Made by a program: the position numbers and the translations under genes. The notes under the pieces were generated by a model that was not told the DNA's origin, made no database searches, and saw only the letters and a list, made by a program, of their open reading frames with translations. From Anaerolineae bacterium (lineage in GTDB: Bacteria > Chloroflexota > Anaerolineae > SpSt-600): a DNA stretch of 64,000 nt. Numbering within the stretch: position 1 is the first letter of the stretch; every line of letters begins with the position of its first letter. Below are positions 1 to 10,600 of the stretch, piece after piece. Where the stretch lies: the NCBI GenBank assembly GCA_025062375.1, contig JANXAG010000002.1:2101-66100 (forward strand), in the 5' to 3' direction.

Positions 1-237
1 CTTTGCGATGTGGCTGAACAGCATAGTCCGGTAAAGAACAACAATGAACCGGGCTCGGAGTATCAAGTGCGCAGGAACCATGTGCGACGGAACAGGATGG
101 TGCGTGGAGCCAGACGGGTGGGATCGGCAGTGAATGTCAGCTGGCTATCGGCCCGGTATAGAAATTGTCCGGAGAAGGCGAGGGCTCTGAGGAATCGTTG
201 AGCCCTTATGAACCATCACGCTTAAGGAGGAAAAGAC

Positions 238-1722
238 ATGAAAGTTTACACCCTTTTCGTCAGCAAATTGGACTGGCATGCGGGATGGCCCCACATCGGC
301 TTTGACAACGAGCAGTTTAAGGCCTGGGTTCTGGAGAGGTTAACGAAAAAGTTCCCTGAAATCACCTTTGCCGGCGGGGAGATCCTCACCGGATATGAAC
401 CATCTGAAGTGGAAAGGATTAAGCGGGAAATAGAAGGGACAGATGGTTCCCTCCTCTATATTATCGGACATTATGGCTATCCGGAGGTAGGGCCCCTGGA
501 AGGACTTCTTCAGTCTGGGCAGCCCACCATCCTCGCGAACCGAATCTACGGGGGGGATTACGTCTTCATTCAACTTTATGAACGCATAAGAGGGAAAGAG
601 CTGCGGGTGCTTCCGGTTTCCTCGCCGGATTTTGAGGATATAGAATGGGCGATAGGCATCTTGCGCGGGCTTCATCGCCTCAAAGGCAAGAAGATCCTTA
701 CCTATGCCCCTGACGAAATAACGATGAGTCCGGAGGGCCTTATAGAACTGGCAGGACCTGACCTGCTCTGCATGCCGGAGGAAGAAAGGGAAGCCATGAT
801 GGCCGTTATGGGCAATATCGTTTCCATTGGCCATTACCTCGATCTGACGGGAGCTGATCAGGCCCACCAGTGGCGCAGAGATGAGGAAAAATACCGGAGG
901 AACATGAAGGAGGTTTTCGGGCTAGAGCTGATTAGGAGAGACCCAAAGGAACTCGCTGAGCATTACAGAAAAGCCGACGAAAAGAAAGCTGAGGAGATCG
1001 CCGATAGATGGATAAAGGAAGCGAAACTGGTGGAATCTCCACGCCAGACAGTGGTGAATGCGGCCAGGCTTTACCTCGCAATAGAAAAGCTGATTGAGGA
1101 AACGGGGGCTGATTCTGTGACCATTGATTGCGGAACCCTGCTCATCATGGGCCTCCTGCCTGCTTTCCCCTGTTTGGGCTTCCGCCAGATGCTGAATAGT
1201 GGTTTCACTGCCACCTGCGAGGCGGATCTGGATTCCCATATCAGCGTTCTTTTGGGTTATTCCCTTACCGGCAGGCCTGGCTTCGTCTCCAATCACACCC
1301 TCGATTTGACCCACAACCAGGTCACCTACCTGCACTGTATGGCTTCCAGCAAACCCTACGGGCCTGAAGGCCCTTCTATGGAGTATGACATAGTCCGCCA
1401 CGGGGAGTCCCATTTTGTGGGAGCTGTCCCAAGGGTCAGGTTCCCTGTTGGAGAAGACCTCACCACGATTAAGCTCAGTTTGCTGGAAAAGAAGCTCGCT
1501 CTGCGCCACGGGAAAATCATCGGCCAGATTGTGGATGAAAAGGCATGCGTCAACAAAGTGCTTGTGGAGGATGATGCCGAAAAAATCCTGGAGAACTACG
1601 ACTGGATGACCTTTGGGTGGCACAGGGTCAGCTTCGTGGGGGATTGGCGGAGAGAATTCAAGGCGGCAGCCAGGCTGGCAGGGCTGAAATTGGTGGAGGA
1701 AGATAAGGCCACCGTGCCTTGA
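238..1722 (+). CDS. L-fucose/L-arabinose isomerase-like protein (FucI C-terminal domain family)
   Basis: 494-aa ORF with AAGGAGG RBS. Motifs 'PCLGF..L...G..ATCEADL', 'YLHC' and C-terminal 'GWHRVSFVGDW' are typical of the fucose-isomerase-related family. Confidence 0.7.
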   Translation: MKVYTLFVSKLDWHAGWPHIGFDNEQFKAWVLERLTKKFPEITFAGGEILTGYEPSEVERIKREIEGTDGSLLYIIGHYGYPEVGPLEGLLQSGQPTILANRIYGGDYVFIQLYERIRGKELRVLPVSSPDFEDIEWAIGILRGLHRLKGKKILTYAPDEITMSPEGLIELAGPDLLCMPEEEREAMMAVMGNIVSIGHYLDLTGADQAHQWRRDEEKYRRNMKEVFGLELIRRDPKELAEHYRKADEKKAEEIADRWIKEAKLVESPRQTVVNAARLYLAIEKLIEETGADSVTIDCGTLLIMGLLPAFPCLGFRQMLNSGFTATCEADLDSHISVLLGYSLTGRPGFVSNHTLDLTHNQVTYLHCMASSKPYGPEGPSMEYDIVRHGESHFVGAVPRVRFPVGEDLTTIKLSLLEKKLALRHGKIIGQIVDEKACVNKVLVEDDAEKILENYDWMTFGWHRVSFVGDWRREFKAAARLAGLKLVEEDKATVP

Positions 1723-1782
1723 ATCCCGCAGTTCTTGGAAGGCGAGCAAAAGTAAACAGCATTTTCAACGGGGGGAAATGAG

Positions 1783-3018
1783 ATGTACCGCGATGATATA
1801 TTGCGAGAGCTGGTCGAAGAGGAAGACCTGATCTTCCGCGAGGCGATCCGCGCCTATGTGGAGGCCGAGATCATGCCTGTGCGTCATCTCATAGATGACG
1901 ATGAGGAACATGTACTGGTGCGCCGCATCCTGCAAGGGCTTACTGACATAGGGTTCCAGGCTTCCATCTGGCCGGAGAAGTATGGAGGAGCTGGTCTTAC
2001 CAGGATGGTGCCTTTCTGCCTCTGTCTGGAAGAGCTAGCTCGTGGCGATGGGGGCATTGCAGTAGCCGCGGCCTGCAGCCTGTGGCCCTTCATGCCTGCC
2101 ATCTGGGCGCAAAACCAGGTTGTCCTTGATCGCTTCGGGCCGGAGTTTTGCGGCAAAGAATTAAAGTTGGGATGCTTTGCTATGACCGAGCCAGGCGGCG
2201 CTTCTGGTGGAGGCGGTTGCGACATTGAGAATCCTGCTCTGGAGGGCCGAATGATTCGCACCAGGGCCCGTCTGGAGGGCGGGGAATGGGTGATCAATGG
2301 CCAGAAGATGTGGGCCTCCAACAGTGGTGTGGCCGATGCCTATCTTATAGTCTGCTCCACTGATCCGGAACTGGGCGAGGAAGGGATTGCCCTCATCTAT
2401 GTGCCGGGCAATGCTGAAGGCCTTTCTTTTGGCCCTTTTGAGCGCAAAGCCGGAATGCAGGCCGATCGTAACTGCGCCATATACCTGGATAATGTGCGGG
2501 TGCCCGAAGGGTTCCGTGCCGCGGGGCCAGGGGAGGACGCCCGCCTCTTTCGCCGTAATCTGGTCGTTGGCCGCCTGGGGAGCGCTGCCATGTCGGTGGG
2601 TAATGCTCAGGGCATCTTTGAGACGGTCCTCAAATTCACGGGTGAGCGCGTGGTGGCTGGCCGACCAATTCGGGAACACTCCGTAGCCGCCTGCATTCTT
2701 GCTGATATAGCAATAGGCATTGAGACAGCCCGGGCCTTTACCCTGCAAGCAGCCTACAAGTACGACCATCCGGAAATTTATGGGCCTCCAGATTCGGATC
2801 TAAACCTCTCGCGAGCCAGCATTGCCAAGGTCTATGCCTCGGAAGTGGCAGTGATGGCAGCCAACAGGGCCATGGAGCTGATGGGTTCCTACGGCTACGC
2901 CCACGATTATCACCTGGAGAAATATTGGCGAGATGGCAAGATCATGCAGCTCTGGTTGGGAGGAGCACAGTTAGGTCGCCTGGATGCCATCAGAGGTTAT
3001 TATCCACACAGGCTTTAA
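1783..3018 (+). CDS. Acyl-CoA dehydrogenase family flavoprotein (non-canonical active site)
   Basis: Motifs 'PEKYGGAG', 'GCFAMTEPG', 'WVINGQKMWASN' and 'MELMGSYGY..DY.LEKYWRD'. Confidence 0.9.
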   Translation: MYRDDILRELVEEEDLIFREAIRAYVEAEIMPVRHLIDDDEEHVLVRRILQGLTDIGFQASIWPEKYGGAGLTRMVPFCLCLEELARGDGGIAVAAACSLWPFMPAIWAQNQVVLDRFGPEFCGKELKLGCFAMTEPGGASGGGGCDIENPALEGRMIRTRARLEGGEWVINGQKMWASNSGVADAYLIVCSTDPELGEEGIALIYVPGNAEGLSFGPFERKAGMQADRNCAIYLDNVRVPEGFRAAGPGEDARLFRRNLVVGRLGSAAMSVGNAQGIFETVLKFTGERVVAGRPIREHSVAACILADIAIGIETARAFTLQAAYKYDHPEIYGPPDSDLNLSRASIAKVYASEVAVMAANRAMELMGSYGYAHDYHLEKYWRDGKIMQLWLGGAQLGRLDAIRGYYPHRL

Positions 3019-3108
3019 GGCGATAGCCCGCCCTCAGCGGGAGTGAGCTCAGAGCAGCACACCGGCCAATTACCCGATCAATAAATCAAAAACCATGGGG
3101 AGGAAACC

Positions 3109-4005
3109 ATGACGCAACTTGATTTTATCCTCTGGTTGCAGTCCCTTCGTTCCCCTTTGCTTGACACTTTCTTTGCTATAATCAACAGCACCGCTAAAGA
3201 CGACTTCATCATCCTGGTGGCAGTCATCCTTTACTGGTGCATAAGCCCAGCCGTAGGCCTGAGGTTTCTCCTGCTTCTCCTCTTTTCCGGCTATTTGCAC
3301 ACTGCTCTCAAAGACCTTTTCCGCATCCCGCGTCCTCCTGTAGAACAACTTCTTTTCCTGGCTGAGAAGCGCGATGGAAGTTACGCTTTTCCCAGCGGTG
3401 ATGCCATGAATGCCAGCGTTCTGTGGTCCTACCTTGCTGGCTATTACCGGCGATGGCCCCTGATTGTGGCCGCAGTAATCCTGATCCCTCTCGTTGGCCT
3501 GGCGCGCATCTATCGGGGAGCACACTGGCCAACTGATGTCCTGGGTGGGATAGCCATAGGTATCGTCCTGGTCTGGCTGGGCTTGGTCCTCTATCGGCTC
3601 TGGGATGAGCGAGGTCTTACCATACCATTCCCCTGGGAGCTGGCCCTGAGCCTATCTGTTCCTCTTCTCCTCTTCGCCATCTACCCCAAGGGGCCAGCGA
3701 CCCCTCCGCCCTCAATCGCCACTACGGCCATGGTGACGGGCACCGCTTTGGGGGTAGCTTTGGGGTACAGCCTGGAACGACGGTACGTGCGCTTCCCTGT
3801 GCGGGTGGCTCTCTGGAAGCAGGTGGTCAAAGTAGTGGTTGGGCTGGCGACAATCTTCCTGCTGCGGATGCTCCTGGGCCAGCTGTTCCCGGCCGGAGCC
3901 TGGTTCCGCTTTGTCCGCTTTGCCCTGCTCGGGCTGTGGGGCACATTGGGTATGCCTGTGATCTTCCGGGCACTCTTTGGTTCCGATAGGAGATGTTCAC
4001 CATGA
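3109..4005 (+). CDS. PAP2-family membrane phosphatase
   Basis: C1 'K.LFRIPRP', C2 'FPSGD' and C3 'RIYRGAHWPTDV' motifs; multiple hydrophobic helices. Confidence 0.85.
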   Translation: MTQLDFILWLQSLRSPLLDTFFAIINSTAKDDFIILVAVILYWCISPAVGLRFLLLLLFSGYLHTALKDLFRIPRPPVEQLLFLAEKRDGSYAFPSGDAMNASVLWSYLAGYYRRWPLIVAAVILIPLVGLARIYRGAHWPTDVLGGIAIGIVLVWLGLVLYRLWDERGLTIPFPWELALSLSVPLLLFAIYPKGPATPPPSIATTAMVTGTALGVALGYSLERRYVRFPVRVALWKQVVKVVVGLATIFLLRMLLGQLFPAGAWFRFVRFALLGLWGTLGMPVIFRALFGSDRRCSP

Positions 4006-5387
4006 AAGGTAAATACGCAAAAATCGCCTACGGTATAGGCAATATGGGAACAGCCCTTTTCTTTCACACCATAGGGGCTTACATCATTTTCTTTTACACC
4101 GACGTGGTACGCCTTGATCCCAAGCTGGTAGGGCTGGCCTTCGCTATTTCCTACGGTGTGTGGAACGCCATCAATGACCCTCTCGTCGGCTATATCTCAG
4201 ACCGAACTCGCACAAGGTGGGGACGCAGGATCCCCTACATCCTCTTTGGCGCCCCTCTCCTCCTATTCATCTTCATCCTGGTGTGGTCGCCACCTCTGGG
4301 AGGCAAACCTCTGGCAACGCCTTTCCACTTCGGCACCTTCCTTTATTTCGCCATCCTCATTGCCCTCTTTGATCTCCTTTACACCGCTGTAAGTGTCCCT
4401 TACATCTCCCTTTTCCCGGAAATGTATGAAACTCTTCCAGACAGGACAGAGGTCTCCATCTACCGGCAGGTGGCAGCGATGATAGGCTCTGTGCTTGCTT
4501 TCGCCTCGATGCCACTGATTGCCGATGCCCTTTCCGGGACGTTTGGCCGGCTTGGGGGGTGGGCATGGGCAGGAGCCATCCTGGGGCTTATCGGCAGCGG
4601 TGCTTTTCTGGTCTCCCTGCTGGGTAGCAGAGAGCGAAAGGAGTTCAGCCTCGAGGGGACGATGCCACTGACCCAAGCTTTCAAAGCCACTTTAACCAAT
4701 CAAACCTTTTTGGCCTTCGTGGGAGCTAACCTGATGATCTGCTACATATGGAGCTGGCTTTCGGCCATGGTGCCCTTCTTCACCAAATACGTCATCGGCG
4801 CTGAGGAGGGGGAAACGGGTTTCCTTTTTCTGGCGATGTTTGTCACCTCGATGGCCTTTTACCCCCTCTGGAGGAAAGTTGCCCTCCGCCTGGGCTCCAG
4901 GGACACCCTTGCCGTTGCCGTGCCGCTCTTCGTAGCCCTCCTGCTTCTGGTATTTGTCGTCCGCAACCTGCTCCAGGCCCTGGCCATGATGTTCCTGCTG
5001 GGAGCTGCCAACTCAGGCATCACCCTGGTCAGAGATATCCTCCTTAGTGATGTTATAGACGAGGACGAACTGCGTACCGGCCGGCGGCGAGAGGGTATAT
5101 ACTTTGGGGTCAATGCCTTTATCGAGCGCTTCGCTATGGTCCTGGTGGGCGGATCGAGCAGCCTGGTGCTGGGGCTGAGCGGTTACAACGCTGCTCTGGC
5201 AACTCAACCTCCTTCCGTTGCCGTAGGAATCCGCATGGGTATGAGCTTGCTGCCGCTCGTGGCTCTGGTGATCTTTTTGACGGCACTTAAATTTTACCCG
5301 TTGGGGAAAGAGCAGGTTATTGCCCTCAGAGAAAGACTGAACACCCTGCACCAGCAGAAAGCAGAACAATATCTGCGAAAGAGGTGA
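4002..5387 (+). CDS. MFS transporter, GPH (MelB-like glycoside-pentoside-hexuronide:cation symporter) family
   Basis: Motifs 'NDPLVGYISDRTRTRWGRRIPY' and 'DVIDEDELRTGRRREGIYFG'; about 12 TM segments. ATG 4002 overlaps the PAP2 stop (alternative ATG 3993). Confidence 0.9.
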   Translation: MKGKYAKIAYGIGNMGTALFFHTIGAYIIFFYTDVVRLDPKLVGLAFAISYGVWNAINDPLVGYISDRTRTRWGRRIPYILFGAPLLLFIFILVWSPPLGGKPLATPFHFGTFLYFAILIALFDLLYTAVSVPYISLFPEMYETLPDRTEVSIYRQVAAMIGSVLAFASMPLIADALSGTFGRLGGWAWAGAILGLIGSGAFLVSLLGSRERKEFSLEGTMPLTQAFKATLTNQTFLAFVGANLMICYIWSWLSAMVPFFTKYVIGAEEGETGFLFLAMFVTSMAFYPLWRKVALRLGSRDTLAVAVPLFVALLLLVFVVRNLLQALAMMFLLGAANSGITLVRDILLSDVIDEDELRTGRRREGIYFGVNAFIERFAMVLVGGSSSLVLGLSGYNAALATQPPSVAVGIRMGMSLLPLVALVIFLTALKFYPLGKEQVIALRERLNTLHQQKAEQYLRKR

Positions 5388-5404
5388 GGGCAGGAGCTCT
5401 CCAC

Positions 5405-5433
5405 TTGTCTTTGGAGAGGATTTTGGATATACT
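5405..5433 (+). promoter_or_regulatory. Sigma-70-type promoter of pyrC-pyrB
   Basis: TTGTCT(5405-5410)-17 nt-TATACT(5428-5433). Confidence 0.7.
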
Positions 5434-5499
5434 CCATTTATAGTATGGAGGGTTTGAGGGTCTCGCTTAAAGAGCGATTATTAAAGATTGGCCTGGACG

Positions 5500-5535
5500 G
5501 GGCCTGGGATCACTGTTTTCCCAGGCCCTTGTTTT
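5500..5535 (+). terminator. Intrinsic terminator/attenuator in the pyrC leader
   Basis: Perfect 10-bp stem GGGCCTGGGA/TCCCAGGCCC followed by TTGTTTT, between the promoter and the pyrC start. Confidence 0.7.
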
Positions 5536-5553
5536 ATGTGGAGGGAAGTTGAA

Positions 5554-6621
5554 ATGCCTTTAGTGGAAATACCCGGAATGATCGATGCTCACGTTCACCT
5601 GCGAGAACCAGGAGCTTCGCACAAAGAAACCTTTCTCACAGGCACAGCTGCAGCTCTTGCCGGAGGGGTAGTGGCTCTCTTGGATATGCCTAACAATATC
5701 CCGCCCATAACAGATGCGCAAACTCTGGAAATTAAAAAACGCATCGCTGCCAGCAGTGCCCTCTGCGATTACGGCTTTTACCTGGGAGCTACCCTCCATA
5801 ACTCCTCCACTGCTGCCGAACTCGCTTCTGAAGTTGCCGGCCTCAAGATATACCTTGGAGAAACCTATGGTTCTTTATACCTTCAGGACCTGAGCACCCT
5901 GATAGCTCATTTCCAATCGTGGCCCTCCAGTAAACCCATCGCTGTCCATGCGGAAGGAATGCTTGTAGCTGCAGTCCTGGCCCTCGCCGCTTTATACAAC
6001 CGGCGCGTACACATCTGCCATGTAAGCAGAGCTGAAGAGATAACCCTCATTAAGGCGGCCAAAGAGCGCGGTCTCCCCGTCACCTGTGAAGTTACACCTC
6101 ACCACCTCTTCCTCTCCGAAGAGGAAGCCGCAACACTTGGCCCCTTTGGGTACATGAAACCCACCTTGGGCTCTCCGAAAGACCGCGAGGCTCTGTGGAA
6201 AAATCTTGGCATAATTGACATTATAGCTTCCGATCACGCCCCTCATACTCTGGAGGAAAAGCGAGGTCCTGAACCTCCTCCCGGTGTCCCCGGCCTTGAG
6301 ACAACTATTCCCCTGCTTTTTACGGCGATGCTGGAAGGGAGAATTGCTCGGGAGCGGTTGTCTGAACTTATCTTTGAAAATCCGGCGCGCATCTTCGGGA
6401 TAAAGCCTCCGGAAGCACGCGTGGAAATTGAACTGGGCCCTCGTCGCATCATATCCTCCGCTGAGCTCAAAACCCGTTGCGGATGGACCCCTTTTGAAGG
6501 TATGGAAGTTCGGGCTACCGTAAGGCGAGTTTTCATCCGGGGACAAAAAGCATATGAAGATGGAAAGATTCTCGTCCACCCCGGATTTGGCAGGCCCCTC
6601 TTCTACGGGCCATATAGATAA
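5554..6621 (+). CDS. pyrC: Dihydroorotase (CAD-like)
   Basis: Motifs 'IDAHVHLREPG', 'LDMPNN', 'TCEVTPHHLFL', 'ASDHAPH' and 'GVPGLET'. ATG 5554 follows a GGAGG RBS. Confidence 0.92.
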   Translation: MPLVEIPGMIDAHVHLREPGASHKETFLTGTAAALAGGVVALLDMPNNIPPITDAQTLEIKKRIAASSALCDYGFYLGATLHNSSTAAELASEVAGLKIYLGETYGSLYLQDLSTLIAHFQSWPSSKPIAVHAEGMLVAAVLALAALYNRRVHICHVSRAEEITLIKAAKERGLPVTCEVTPHHLFLSEEEAATLGPFGYMKPTLGSPKDREALWKNLGIIDIIASDHAPHTLEEKRGPEPPPGVPGLETTIPLLFTAMLEGRIARERLSELIFENPARIFGIKPPEARVEIELGPRRIISSAELKTRCGWTPFEGMEVRATVRRVFIRGQKAYEDGKILVHPGFGRPLFYGPYR

Positions 6622-6647
6622 AATCTTTAAGAAGGAGGTGATAAAAG

Positions 6648-7604
6648 ATGAGAGCCGTTCCGGCCGACAGAAAAGACAATGGCCTTTACGGCCAGCATAT
6701 CATCTCGGTCAAACAGTTTGATCGCCCGAAACTTGAGTTCATCTTCGGAGTAGCCAAAGAAATGCGTACCTTGGTAGAACGATTTGGTTCAGCTGACCTG
6801 CTTCAAGGCAAAGTTCTGGTAAACCTCTTCTACGAACCCAGCACCCGCACCAGCTCCTCTTTTGCCGCAGCGATGCTCAGGCTCGGGGGCAAAGTTATCT
6901 CCATTAATGAAGTTCGCTATTCTTCTGTAATCAAAGGCGAATCCCTCCCCGATACCATCCGCACCCTGGAGTGTTACGCCGATGTAATCGTCTTAAGACA
7001 TCCTGAAGTGGGAGCTGCTGCTTTGGCGGCCAGATATGCCTCCAAGCCCATTATCAACGCAGGAGATGGCATCGGGGAGCACCCAACTCAGGCTCTACTG
7101 GATCTTTTCACCATCCAGGAAGAACTTGGCCAGGTTGATGGCCTGCGAGTGGCTATGGTGGGAGACCTCAAATACGGGCGTACTGTTCACTCTCTGACAC
7201 GTCTTCTGTGTCTTTACAACGTGGAATTTGATTTTGTTTCTCCCGCAGCCCTGCGCATGCCCGAAGAAATACTCCAGGAAGTGCGCGAGGGCGGCTTACC
7301 CTATCGGGAAACCGAGGACATAAATGAGGTCATATCCAGAGCCGACGTCCTTTACGTAACCAGAGTTCAACGCGAGCGTTTTGAAAACCAGGAAGAATAT
7401 GAGCGCCTCAAGGACTTCTACATCATCACCCCCAAGTTGATGGAAAAGGCCAAGGAAAGAATGATCCTCATGCATCCTTTCCCCAGGGTATATGAGATAA
7501 GTTACGAGGTGGATTCGGACCCGCGAGCTGCTTACTTTCGCCAGATCCAGAACGGCCTTTACATCCGGATGGCCTTGCTGGCCGCAGTTCTGGGCAAAGC
7601 GTAG
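6648..7604 (+). CDS. pyrB: Aspartate carbamoyltransferase catalytic subunit
   Basis: Motifs 'FYEPSTRT', 'HPTQALLD', '[11 protein letters not shown]' and 'HPFPR'. Confidence 0.97.
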   Translation: MRAVPADRKDNGLYGQHIISVKQFDRPKLEFIFGVAKEMRTLVERFGSADLLQGKVLVNLFYEPSTRTSSSFAAAMLRLGGKVISINEVRYSSVIKGESLPDTIRTLECYADVIVLRHPEVGAAALAARYASKPIINAGDGIGEHPTQALLDLFTIQEELGQVDGLRVAMVGDLKYGRTVHSLTRLLCLYNVEFDFVSPAALRMPEEILQEVREGGLPYRETEDINEVISRADVLYVTRVQRERFENQEEYERLKDFYIITPKLMEKAKERMILMHPFPRVYEISYEVDSDPRAAYFRQIQNGLYIRMALLAAVLGKA

Positions 7605-7622
7605 CAACTTATAAGGGGGCTA

Positions 7623-10600
7623 TCATTGAGTTTTGGGAAGGGTAAAGGAAAAAGTGGACCCATGCCCGGGGGAACTTTCCACCCAGATTCTACCCCCGTG
7701 CGCTTCTACCATTAACTTACAAAAATAGAGGCCAAGGCCGAGACCGCTTGTTTTAGCTGTCTCCCTGGTTTCAATCCGATAGAATTTCTCAAAAATTTTC
7801 TTCTGCAAGGGAATCGGTATCCCTTCTCCTTCATCCTTAACGGAAACCTTCACCTCATCCCCTTCGGCTTCAACCTTAACCGTTATCAAGGAGCCCGGGG
7901 GTGAGTATTTCAAAGCATTATCCAAAAGGTTACTCAAGATAGCCTCTACCATTTTCTCATCAGCAAGGGCCAACAGCGACTCCGCTGGTTCCTTAAGGGA
8001 AAAGCGGTGAGTGCCACCCTCCGCAAATCTTTTCACCACTTCTTTAGCCAGTTTTGTCACATCCAGCTTGATGAAATTTAGGCGGATTTTTCCCCGCTCA
8101 AGATTAATTATTTCCTGAAGTTTACGCACTGCTTCCGTCATTTTGTCACTTAGCTTTACCAGTTCATCCAGCGTCTCCCTCCGCTTTCTTCCCTCCTTGT
8201 ACAGATAAAGGGCGTTCGAAAGTTTGGTTGCAAGTTTACCTATTTCATGGACAAGGAAAATAGTGACAACATCCTGGACCTTCTCCAGGTCTTTTTCCCG
8301 GGATAAATCCCAGAAAGCCACAACCGTTTTCTCTGGAGAGAGCAGTATAGCAATCTCCCTTACCGGTACGAGGTGACCATCCCTGGCTTTAAGGTGAGTG
8401 GTCCGCAGGGTCAAATTCCCCGTATGAGCCGCTTCCAGCGTGGGAGAGGTGAAACCCTCTGGATATAAAACCTGAAGATTGCGTCCCACCAGTTCCCTCT
8501 CGGTGAAACCGATAAGGCTGCGGGCTTTTTCATCAATAAATGAAATTTCACCCCCTTTCCCTGCCAGGTATAAGCCATCGGAGACCAGGCCCAGCAATTC
8601 AAGGAGCTTTTTTTCAGCCTTTTCCAGTTCCTTCTTAAGAGCGAGTCGAACTGCCAGGGAGCCCAGATGGCTAAGGAAAAGGGTTATATCGGGGATTTTA
8701 CCTTCCGGGAAGACAAAGATACCCCATGCCTTTCCATCGGCCTCCAGGGGGAGAACGTTAAAACCTTTTAGGTAGCCTTTCAAACTCTCCACAGCCTTGG
8801 ATTCAACAGGACTCTTAGGGGCAAAGAAGGTCAGGAGCTCAGCGAAATAGGGGCTGAATCCGGGGCTCATGGCCAGAGCGGGTTCATCCTCTGGAGCGGA
8901 AGAGAAGAAGAAAAGGCAACAAGGGATTCCTTCAAGTTTGTAGCAGTCAATCAGGACCTCAAGCGTTTTGGAAGCCAGTTCCCTGAAAGAGGAAACGCCT
9001 TCCAGTGCTCCTTTGAGACGATGAAGGGAACTTAGGTGCTGGCGTGTTCTTTCCAGCTCTTTCTGAAAGAGGATTTTTTCCCATATGGCAGCCACTTGGG
9101 CGGAGAAAGCTTTAAGCCAGTTCATCTCTGCTGATGAAAAAGCCTTTGGCTCTCGCTCCCACACCCCTATCCAGCCAATCTTTTCTCCCTTTAAGTGGAT
9201 AGAAGCGCCCATAAAGGCTTTCATCCCCCGTGCATCGCTGAATTCGCCCTCCCTTCCCAGTTCCTGGATTATGACCTCATCCTGTCGGGAACAAAGGTCA
9301 ATCTCCCATCTAGGTGGAGGAAGAATGCTTTCAGAGCCAGCGCAATAGCTGGTGAGGACTTTTCCTCCCTCCCAGATCCTTATGGCGCAAGCTTCCGCAT
9401 CCATAAAAGCGTTTATCACTTTAGCTATGTAAACCAGGAGCTCCTCGCCCCTCAAACCGGAAGCCAGCATCTTACCGATTAGATTATAAGCCTCAAGGAG
9501 AGCCTCTTTTTCCTTTACCATTGAATAATGGGCCTGAGTGTTGTGGATTATAGCGGCGAAGTAAGGAGCGAGGCTCTCCAGAAAACGCAGATCTTCCACC
9601 CCGAAGGCTTCAGGATAGAGGCTATCCATTTCCAGGGAACCTATGAGCTTGCCCTGATAGATAAGGGGGACTCCCATAAAGGAACGGAAAACCCCTACAT
9701 CGGGGATTTTGGGTTTCTCTTTTAATGCTTGCACATCCTTTATGAGGATTGGCCTACGGTCCCGCGCGATAAGCCCACTTAATCCTTCTCCCAAGTCATA
9801 CTTGTGGCCTTCCAGTATCCCTATGCCCGAAACCTTACGCGCTACCATTTTTCTCTCTCTTTCATCCCACAGGCAGACTTCTATAAGTCTAACCTGTGGG
9901 AAAAGTATCCTAAGGCCTTCCACGAGGCTTTCCAGAACTGAATCCAGGTAATAAGGATTGGACACCATCCGGGTGAGGATTTCCTGAGCAGAGGTCAGCT
10001 CTTTGAGCTGGCGACGCAGGGTTCTTCTGTATTCCTCTTTCTCGAGAAAGAGTCCCAGCTGGGTGGCCAGAATTTCCAGGTTTTTGAGCTCGATCCGGTA
10101 ATAAGGCTCGCCACTCCTTTTTTCCCCAAGTGCTATGAATCCTACTAGCTTCCCCCTGGTTCTCACGGGGACCAGGAACCGGAAGCCAAGGTTTATCCAC
10201 AGGCCTGAATCTACCGGGAGGGAAAGCGCGCTTTGACTGTTAGCGAGGGAACTAATGGCGAAATCGTTCAGGGGGATGGAATTTTCTAACCAGCTTTCCG
10301 GATCAACCTTGGCTATGACCTGACATTTGTTCAAAACTTCATTAATCAGGTAAAAGTAAACTTTTTTGCAATTCAACCACTTCTCCAACCCCTTGCACAC
10401 CTTCTCGGCCAGCTGGTAAAAGTCCAGCTCTTCGCGGAACAGCTCCTGCAGGGAATAAAAGCGGAGGAATTTCTCGGAGAGTCCCTTCCGCAGGAAGAAA
10501 ATTTCATAGCGGAAAATCAGCCAGAAAGCAAATAGAATTATGGAAATGAAGATAATGGAGAGAGGGAAGATGGACTTATTCCTTAAAGTTGCAATAGCGA

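Noticed and set aside
10-201. 63-aa ORF at the window start
   Set aside because: No recognisable motif or RBS. Another frame (..FAMWLNSIVR, stop at 33) may be the tail of an upstream gene; cannot be decided here.
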